NCBI GenBank assembly: GCA_009886115.1
Contig: VFJJ01000060.1
Coordinates: forward strand, 1-42,386
Direction: 5' to 3'
Source: Actinomycetota bacterium
Lineage (GTDB): Bacteria; Actinomycetota; Acidimicrobiia; IMCC26256; VFJJ01
Length of the DNA: 42,386 nucleotides
The notes under the pieces are model-generated. The model made no database searches. It was not told the origin of the DNA and saw only the letters and a program-made list of their open reading frames with translations. Made by a program: the position numbers and the translations under genes. Shown here one piece after another: positions 36,149 to 42,386 of this stretch. Positions within the stretch are counted from its first letter, which is position 1. The number at the start of each line of letters is the position of its first letter.

Positions 36149-36750
36149 TGCCCCTGCGGACGCGCGCCGGGGCAGGCGAGAGCCGTACGCCCGACAGCGA
36201 CGACGCCGAGCCGGGCCGACACGTCCCGTTTTGGCTCCACCAGCTCGTCGAGTACCTGCTCGGCGCAGGGCTGCTGTGGGCTGGTGCTCGCGTCGAAGGC
36301 GACGGCCGCATCGTGGCCTTTTCCCTGGGCGGCGCCCTGCTGGTGTTCAGCGCGATCAGCGACGGTGGGCTCGGCGCGGGCCGGCTCCTCGAGCGTTCGC
36401 AGCACCGCATCGGCGACATGATGCTTGTCGTTGCCATCCCTGTGGTCCTGGTGATCGTTCCCGGGGCCCGGACTGCCATCGTGCTCGTCCCCGGAGGTGC
36501 CAGCGTCGCGATGCTCGTGTACCTGCTGCGCCGGACCCGCTACGAACGCCGGCCGCCCCGCACCCTCCCTGCCCTGCCGCCGGTCGTGCGCCGCCTGTCC
36601 GGGGTCGCCAAGCCCGTCGACGGCGCCACTGTCGCCCGTCGGGTCGGACGGTCGCTCGGTGGCGACGGCTCCCCCGTCGCCCGTCGGGTCGGACGCCTGT
36701 TGGGACGTACCGCTCGCCGCTCCCCCACCCGTCCCCGCGACGACGGCTGA
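36148..36750 (+). CDS. Hypothetical membrane protein with four hydrophobic helices and Arg-rich repeated tail
   Basis: TGATG overlap with the HAD gene; HQLVEY..., H..GD pattern; 20-bp direct repeat (VARRVGR) at 36631-36650 and 36676-36695. Confidence 0.65.
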   Translation: MPLRTRAGAGESRTPDSDDAEPGRHVPFWLHQLVEYLLGAGLLWAGARVEGDGRIVAFSLGGALLVFSAISDGGLGAGRLLERSQHRIGDMMLVVAIPVVLVIVPGARTAIVLVPGGASVAMLVYLLRRTRYERRPPRTLPALPPVVRRLSGVAKPVDGATVARRVGRSLGGDGSPVARRVGRLLGRTARRSPTRPRDDG

Positions 36751-36760
36751 GGCCCGCGCC

Positions 36761-37567
36761 GTGCACCCCATCGAACGATTGCGGGCGCTGGCGCGCACCC
36801 ATCCCGACCAGGCCAGCGCGGCTGCCCGAGCCGCGGTCGACGCCCTGGCCGGCCTCCATGACGATCCGGCCGGGCTGGTGGTCGCCTGCCGACGTCTCGT
36901 CGACCACGAGCCCGCCATCGGCGTGATGTGGTGGGTCTGCTCCGAGCTGCTCGCTGCCAGCGACGTGGGCGACGCCGCGTGGCGGATCGCGGCGGTCCTC
37001 GATGCCGACTCGACCCCGGAGACCCTCGCCACCGAGCTGCCCAGCGAGCGCACCGTCGCCATGCTCGGGCGGTCGGAGGAGATGCTCGGGGCCCTGGGCC
37101 TGCGCTCCGACTGCTGCGGCGTGCTCGTCGACCTCGACGACGGCGGATGGGCTCCGCGGCGACGGCGGGGCCCGGCCCTCGACCACGCCGACATCGACGA
37201 GATCGCCGAGGTGCTCTCGCCCGGCGACGTGCTGCTCGTCGACGTGCTGGCACTCTCGACGAAGGGCTGGGTGGGCCGCTGCGAGGTTCCCGAAGCGGTC
37301 GGCGAGGCCCGGAGGGCTGGAGCAGAGGTGTGGGGCGTGGCCGGAACCGGGCGTCAGCTCCCGGTGGCCGTCTTCGACGCACTCTGCAGCCGCCTCGAGC
37401 ACCGCGAACGCGTTGGTGGCGCGACCCCGGCGTCCACCGGCGGCTACCAGCGCCACGACCTCGCCTTGGTCGACCTGGTGGTGGGCTCGGGGACGGCCTG
37501 GCTTCCCGACGAGCTCGACCCCGGGGCGGCCTGTGCAGTCGCCCCCGAGCTGCTGCGCTTCACCTGA
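36761..37567 (+). CDS. Divergent IF-2B/MtnA-like (eIF2B/sugar-phosphate isomerase fold) protein
   Basis: Helical N-domain (HPIERLR...CRRLV..EP), then TVAMLGRS, DVLLVDVLAL..GWV...ARRAGAEVWGVAG, LVDLVV. The pattern resembles the IF-2B C-terminal domain; family call tentative. Confidence 0.55.
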   Translation: MHPIERLRALARTHPDQASAAARAAVDALAGLHDDPAGLVVACRRLVDHEPAIGVMWWVCSELLAASDVGDAAWRIAAVLDADSTPETLATELPSERTVAMLGRSEEMLGALGLRSDCCGVLVDLDDGGWAPRRRRGPALDHADIDEIAEVLSPGDVLLVDVLALSTKGWVGRCEVPEAVGEARRAGAEVWGVAGTGRQLPVAVFDALCSRLEHRERVGGATPASTGGYQRHDLALVDLVVGSGTAWLPDELDPGAACAVAPELLRFT

Positions 37568-37747
37568 GCCGGCAGCGGCGCGGGCGCGGTGGCCGTCCGG
37601 GGCCTGCCCGGGCTCCGGCCTCACGACCCCGCCAGCCATGGGTGGCGCGAGCGCTGGCGTCGGTGGCGGCGAGGTCCATCCGCGCGTCCTGGACGCCTGC
37701 TTCGTACACTCGCCGCCCCAGACCCGGACACGCCTTGTGGAGTCGCC

Positions 37748-37927
37748 GTGACCGATCGCTCGCTCTCGCCCGCCGCGGCGCTGGTCGTCCCGCCCCGGTG
37801 GGCGCCCGACAGCGTCGACCTGTCGACGGTCTGCCTGGCGTGCGACACCCCGATGCGCCCCGAGCACGCCCACTACCGGTGTCCGGCGTGCGGCTGGCGC
37901 GACTCGTGCTGCGACGGGCCCTACTGA
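37748..37927 (+). CDS. Small zinc-ribbon protein (CxxC...CPxCG...CC)
   Basis: CLACDTPMRPEHAHYRCPACGWRDSCCD; SD GGAG before GTG 37748; upstream -10 TACACT at 37705-37710. Confidence 0.7.
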   Translation: MTDRSLSPAAALVVPPRWAPDSVDLSTVCLACDTPMRPEHAHYRCPACGWRDSCCDGPY

Positions 37928-37995
37928 GCACAGCGTCCCGCCGCTACCCATCCTGAACAGCATCTTCGTGGCGCTCCGATGCCCGGCGGGGGCGC

Positions 37996-38013
37996 TACTA
38001 TAACGCTGTTGTA
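37996..38013 (+). promoter_or_regulatory. tetR promoter -10 (TACTAT) overlapped by palindromic operator TATAAC-gct-GTTGTA
   Basis: AT-rich imperfect inverted repeat at 37999-38013 overlapping the -10 box. Confidence 0.6.
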
Positions 38014-38048
38014 TCACGATGTTCGTTCAGGATCGGGAGGTGAGCTTC

Positions 38049-38639
38049 GTGCCCAGGCTCGTCGATGGCGACCAGCGCCGCCGGGAGATCGCCGATGCGG
38101 CCTTCGACATCGCCCGCGAACGCGGACTCGATGCGGTCACGTTCCGAAGCGTCGCCGCCAGGATGGGCGCGGCCTCCACGACGGTCGTCACGCACTACGC
38201 ACCCACCCGGGAAGCCCTGATGGGCTTGCTCGCTGCACACGTGCTGCCCATTCAGCAGCGGCTCATCGACGAGGTGATCGAGACGCTCGAACCCGTCCCC
38301 GCCCTTCGGGTGCTCGTCGACGCGCTGCTGCCGACCCGCCGGGTGAACCGGCTCATGGCCCGGCTGGTGTTCGGCCCGCTCGCCGATCTGGCCACGATCG
38401 AAGCCACCCACCGGGCCTTCCTCACCTGGTTGCGGGCCACGATCAACCGGGTGGTGTCGAGCCTCGACCCGTCCGACTCCCCCGGCACCCTCACCGAGCT
38501 GGTGATCGTGGCCATCGCCGGCACCACCACCATGGCCCTGGCCGACCCCGAAGGGTGGCCGCCCGACCGTCAACGGGCCTTCGTGGCCCTGCAGCTCGAT
38601 CGGTTCGGGCTCCCGATGGCTGGCCCCGCTCGCGGCTGA
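38049..38639 (+). CDS. TetR/AcrR family transcriptional regulator
   Basis: PRLVD...RRREIADAA...GLDAVTFRSVAARMG....VTHY; SD GGAGGT before GTG 38049. Confidence 0.9.
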   Translation: MPRLVDGDQRRREIADAAFDIARERGLDAVTFRSVAARMGAASTTVVTHYAPTREALMGLLAAHVLPIQQRLIDEVIETLEPVPALRVLVDALLPTRRVNRLMARLVFGPLADLATIEATHRAFLTWLRATINRVVSSLDPSDSPGTLTELVIVAIAGTTTMALADPEGWPPDRQRAFVALQLDRFGLPMAGPARG

Positions 38640-38764
38640 GCCACCGAGTCACCCGTCCGAGCGCCGACGACGCCAGGAAGGGAAAAAGCGATGGGGTCGG
38701 GCGCCGTCCCGGGCTACGTTCGACAGTCGTCCCTCCACCGAATCACCGTGCAGCAGGAGTCCAG

Positions 38765-39799
38765 GTGCCCGTCGTCGAAGCAGTCGATCTCGCCAAGAGC
38801 TTCGGAGAGACCCAGGCGTTGCGCGGACTCGATCTCACCGTCGAACGGGCGACCGTGCTGGCCGTGCTCGGTCCCAACGGGGCCGGCAAGACCACTGCCG
38901 TGCGCATCCTCACGACCCTGGTGCGACCCGACTCCGGCCACGCCACGATCGACGGGATCGACGTGGTCGCCGAGCCGGCCCGGGTGCGGGCCAGGATCGG
39001 TCTGACCGGGCAGTACGCCGCTGTCGACGAGCGCCTCACCGGGCGCGAGAACCTCGAGCTGATCGGACGGTTCTTCCGCCAGTCGGGCGGTCGGGCCCGT
39101 GAGCGCGCCACCGAGTTGCTGACCGGCTTCGATCTCGTCGACGCGGGTGACCGGGTCGTGAAGGGGTACTCCGGGGGCATGCGCCGCCGGCTCGACATCG
39201 CCATGAGCCTCGTGGCCCGACCCAAGGTGCTCTTCCTCGACGAGCCCACGACCGGCCTCGACCCGAGGAGCCGTCTCGCCATGTGGGAGCTCATCGAGAG
39301 CCTCGTCGCCGAGGGCACCACCACCATGCTCACCACGCAGTACCTCGACGAGGCCGATCGGTTGGCCGACTCGATCGTCGTCGTCGACCACGGAACGGTG
39401 ATCGCCCGAGGCACCCCGCAGGAGCTCAAGGACCGGCTCGGCGGACACACCGTGACCGTCGACCTGCTCCCCGGCGCTGGTCCCGAGACCCCGGCCGCCG
39501 TGGTCGCCGCGCTGGCACCGCACCGAACGGCCGGGCCGGTGCGCCACAGCGACCGCCACCGGGTCGTGGTGAGCGTGCGAGCGGACACGACCACGCCCGA
39601 CGTGGTCCACGATCTCGACGCCGCCGGCCTCGTCGTCGCCGACGTCACCGTCGAGCGGCCCACGCTCGACGACGTGTTCATGGGCCTCACCGGACATGGC
39701 GCCTCCGAGAACGAGCTCACGACCGAGAACGGCACCGGCACCAGGACCGGCACCAGGAGCAAGAACAAGACCAAGACCTCGAGCGGGGCGAAACCATGA
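38765..39799 (+). CDS. DrrA-type ABC transporter ATP-binding protein
   Basis: GPNGAGKTT, GLTGQYAAVDE, YSGGMRRRLD, FLDEPTTGLDP, TTQYLDEAD, PTLDDVF. Confidence 0.93.
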   Translation: MPVVEAVDLAKSFGETQALRGLDLTVERATVLAVLGPNGAGKTTAVRILTTLVRPDSGHATIDGIDVVAEPARVRARIGLTGQYAAVDERLTGRENLELIGRFFRQSGGRARERATELLTGFDLVDAGDRVVKGYSGGMRRRLDIAMSLVARPKVLFLDEPTTGLDPRSRLAMWELIESLVAEGTTTMLTTQYLDEADRLADSIVVVDHGTVIARGTPQELKDRLGGHTVTVDLLPGAGPETPAAVVAALAPHRTAGPVRHSDRHRVVVSVRADTTTPDVVHDLDAAGLVVADVTVERPTLDDVFMGLTGHGASENELTTENGTGTRTGTRSKNKTKTSSGAKP

Positions 39800-40638
39800 C
39801 CACGCAGCTCTCCGACTCCGCCACCGACTCTGGCCCCGTCACCGACGCGGAGTTCGTCGAGCCTCCGCAGACCGTCATCTGGGCGCTGCGCGACTCGTGG
39901 AACGAGGCCACGCGCCACCTGCGGGCCGTGCCGCGCAACCTCGACCTGCTGATATTCGCGACCCTCCAGCCCATCATGTTCGTGCTCTTGTTCCGCTACG
40001 TGTTCGGGGGCTCGATCTCGGTCCCGGGGTTCAGCTACAACCAGTACCTGATGCCGGGGATCTTCGCCCAGACGATGGTCTTCGGCTCGGGCTTCACCGG
40101 GATCGGCCTGGCCGAGGATCTCCAGCGGGGCTTCATCGACCGACTCCGCTCGTTGCCGATCTCGCAGTCGGCCGTGCTCGTCGGACGCACCGTGAGCGAC
40201 CTGCTCCGGAACCTGCTCACCTTCGCGGTGATGCTGGCGGTGGCCTTCGCCATCGGCTTCCGGTTCGAGGGCGGCCTCGTCCGCGGGATCGGCGCCAGCG
40301 GGTTGTTGCTCTTCTTCAGCTACGCGTTCTCGTGGATCCAGGCCCTCATCGGCCTGTCGGTGAAGTCGGTGGAAGCTGCGAACTCGGGCGGATTCCTCTG
40401 GATGTTTCCGATGACCTTCGTATCGTCGGCCTTCGTGCCCACCGAGGACATGCCGTCATGGCTCGCCAAGGTCGCTGACGCCAACCCGTTCACCGTGGCC
40501 ACCAACGCCGCCCGGGCCCTGTACAACGGCAACGACCCAGGATCCGACGTGTGGCAGGCCCTCGCCTGGGCCACGGGTATCACCGTGGTCTTCGCCACCC
40601 TGGCGATCCGCCGCTTCACCCGCACCGCCAGCCGCTGA
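39796..40638 (+). CDS. DrrB-type ABC-2 permease
   Basis: QPIMFVLLFRYVFGG, PGI, DRLRSLPI, FVSSAFVP, NP; ATGA overlap with the ATPase. Confidence 0.92.
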   Translation: MTTQLSDSATDSGPVTDAEFVEPPQTVIWALRDSWNEATRHLRAVPRNLDLLIFATLQPIMFVLLFRYVFGGSISVPGFSYNQYLMPGIFAQTMVFGSGFTGIGLAEDLQRGFIDRLRSLPISQSAVLVGRTVSDLLRNLLTFAVMLAVAFAIGFRFEGGLVRGIGASGLLLFFSYAFSWIQALIGLSVKSVEAANSGGFLWMFPMTFVSSAFVPTEDMPSWLAKVADANPFTVATNAARALYNGNDPGSDVWQALAWATGITVVFATLAIRRFTRTASR

Positions 40639-40746
40639 CGGCTGTTCTGCTGCTTCGCTGCTGCCTGCCGGCTTGCTGCCGCGTGGCGGCGTGGGGCAGG
40701 CGCGGCGGCTGCTGCCGGCGCGCCGAGCAACCGACACGCCAACGTC

Positions 40747-41145
40747 TCAGTGGCGCTCCATGGGGATGCCCACGACCGCAGCGACCCGGTCGAGGTCGAC
40801 GTCGGCGGCCAGCAGATTGGCACCGTGGCGTCGGGCCACAGCGGCGATCATGCAGTCGACCATGCCCCGCGGCGTGACACCGGAGCGACGGCACATCCGG
40901 TAGATCCGCATCGCACCATCGAAGTCGATGGCAGCATCGAACCGCATGAGCGAGAAGCGTTGCATGAGACGACGCAGCTCCTGCTCTCGCCGATCGTCAC
41001 GCGCCCCTGCGAGGACTTCCATGATGACCGGCTCGGTCACGGCGATCTCATCGGTGGTGGCGATCAACTCCGTCAATCGAGTGTCGATCGGGCTTCCGGT
41101 CGCCCGGTCGAACTCGACCCACGCCGAGGTGTCGACCAGGATCAC
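40747..41145 (-). CDS. vapC: PIN-domain ribonuclease toxin
   Basis: ILVDTSAW, EVLAG, DCMIAAVA, ADVD; GTGA overlap with the antitoxin. Confidence 0.9.
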   Translation of the reverse strand: MILVDTSAWVEFDRATGSPIDTRLTELIATTDEIAVTEPVIMEVLAGARDDRREQELRRLMQRFSLMRFDAAIDFDGAMRIYRMCRRSGVTPRGMVDCMIAAVARRHGANLLAADVDLDRVAAVVGIPMERH

Positions 41146-41354
41146 GCGACGATCCCGGGCCCGGCGTCGATGGGGGCCTCATCGATGGCGTGGCGGCCCC
41201 GCATGGCCAGCGCTTCCTCCCGAGTCATCGGTTGCCCGGCGAGGTGGCGCAGAGCCAGGTCAACGGCCTCGGTCTTGGTGTGAACGCCGAAGCGGTCCAT
41301 GATCGCCTCGACGTAACGGTCCTCGAGCTCGATGTTGGTTCGCGTCTTCGCCAT
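41142..41354 (-). CDS. vapB: RHH antitoxin
   Basis: MAKTRTNIELED...TKTEAVDLALR; leaderless ATG 6 nt after TACGCT. Confidence 0.88.
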   Translation of the reverse strand: MAKTRTNIELEDRYVEAIMDRFGVHTKTEAVDLALRHLAGQPMTREEALAMRGRHAIDEAPIDAGPGIVA

Positions 41355-41390
41355 ACACGTAGCGTACACGTCAGGTGTACCAAAGGTGTA
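41354..41390. promoter_or_regulatory. vapBC operator: symmetric array TACAC-N6-TACAC-N5-GTGTA-N6-GTGTA over the promoter
   Basis: Half-sites at 41354-58, 41365-69, 41375-79 and 41386-90, symmetric about 41372. Confidence 0.7.
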
Positions 41391-41626
41391 GCGCACCCCG
41401 GCACAGCGTCCGATCGGGAGTAGCCCTGCGCAGCGATGCAGTCCGCCGCCTGGGCCCTGAAGACATCAGGGTCCTCTCGGGGCAACTGGTCGAGCCAACC
41501 ACCGACGACGCCGTTGAGCTCGCGCTCTTCGCAGTTGACCAACACCTCCTCGGCCCGGTTCATCCCCTCCTTGGTCGCCACCCCGCCAGTTCCGACCGCG
41601 TCCACCCGGGCAGCGTTCGCGCCGGA

Positions 41627-42386
41627 TCAGGGTCGGGCACGGCCCGCGGCTGCGGTGCGGAGGTGCTCGGCGAGGCTGGACACGGTGGCGTGGGCGTTGA
41701 GGCCGCTCGGGTTGGGCATCACGTAGACGGGAATGCCGGCGAGGGACCGGTCCTGCCAGCCGGCGGTGGCCCGGCGATCGACGGCAGACCGCCATCCGGC
41801 CAGACCCAAGAAGCACACGGCGCCGGGCCGGAGCCAATGCACGAGACGCTCGACCCGGGCCAGGCCGGCGGTGTACTCGTCGGCGCTCAGCTCGTCGGCC
41901 CGGGGCGTGGCCCGCTTGACCAGGTCGGTCATCCCGACACCATGCTCAGCCAGCGCGTGGTCGGGGTCGCGGTCGCGGCTCACGATCCCTGCGGCCAGCG
42001 CGGCGGGCCAGAAGCGGTTGCCGGGACGGGCGAAGCCGACCCCCACGTCGGCGGCGTACAGGCTCGGGTTGAGGCCGCACACGAGCAGGCGCATCCCCGG
42101 ACCGACCACGTCGGGCAGGCTTCGGGCCCGGGTCGCCCGCACGACGATCCGGTGCGCCACAGCTGTGATCGACGGCTCCTCGGCGGCGATCATGCCGTCG
42201 ATGGTGAAGCCCGCTCCACGCACCACGTCACACAGCGCATCGGCGCCCAGGGGCCATGAGCTCCGTCCCGACGGCTCCGGGTCGCGACAGTCGGAGCGGT
42301 CGGAGCCGTCGTCGGACCCGTCAGCACCGTCGGCACGAACGCCGAGGCGGCTGGCTTCGTCGGGGCGGTCGTCGAGCCGGTCCTCG
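41627..42386 (-). CDS. 5'-truncated G:T/U mismatch-specific DNA glycosylase (MUG family) with additional N-terminal domain
   Basis: LLVCGLNPS, FARPGNRFW, TDLVKR, PNPSGLN; the frame stays open from 42226 to the window edge. Confidence 0.85.
   Translation of the reverse strand, partial: EDRLDDRPDEASRLGVRADGADGSDDGSDRSDCRDPEPSGRSSWPLGADALCDVVRGAGFTIDGMIAAEEPSITAVAHRIVVRATRARSLPDVVGPGMRLLVCGLNPSLYAADVGVGFARPGNRFWPAALAAGIVSRDRDPDHALAEHGVGMTDLVKRATPRADELSADEYTAGLARVERLVHWLRPGAVCFLGLAGWRSAVDRRATAGWQDRSLAGIPVYVMPNPSGLNAHATVSSLAEHLRTAAAGRARP

Noticed and set aside
1..42386. tRNA (including tRNA-Sec), rRNA, transposase or integrase genes
   Set aside because: None recognised by eye in the intergenic gaps or ORF translations; tRNAscan-SE and Infernal would be needed to exclude them formally.

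Overview
A very GC-rich actinobacterial chromosomal segment; gene content and order suggest Acidimicrobiia, which is an inference. The left part holds a complete Pup-proteasome locus (arc, dop, pup-GGQ, prcB, prcA, pafA, pafB, pafC) followed by lepB, with a divergent histidine phosphatase and a divergent ferredoxin inserted into it. Upstream of arc is a translationally coupled ttuB-ttuA-trmI-marP operon (tRNA T-loop thiolation and methylation plus a membrane serine protease). The middle holds dacB, a split ADP-forming acyl-CoA synthetase, an AMP-forming acyl-CoA ligase, a GT2, lutABC, an HhH-GPD protein, a FIST protein, a cupredoxin lipoprotein, heme O synthase and an ABC-2 exporter. The right part holds glpX, a stand-alone DUF2090/LacD-like aldolase, pfkA, a HAD hydrolase, an IF-2B-like protein, a micro zinc-ribbon protein, TetR with a DrrAB-type exporter, vapBC and a truncated MUG glycosylase fusion. 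The main observations the ORF track misses are: (1) a probable selenoprotein at 31586-32206 (in-frame TGA in a U-x-x-C motif followed by a bacterial SECIS-like hairpin); (2) a candidate non-canonical fructose-bisphosphate aldolase between pfkA and glpX; (3) a TtuB-like sulfur carrier with a masked Gly-Gly next to the pupylation locus; (4) a decayed ECF42-type sigma factor remnant between prcA and pafA; (5) a probable methyltransferase-fold/MUG fusion. No tRNA, rRNA, CRISPR array or transposase was recognised. All family assignments come from motif recognition, not database searches.
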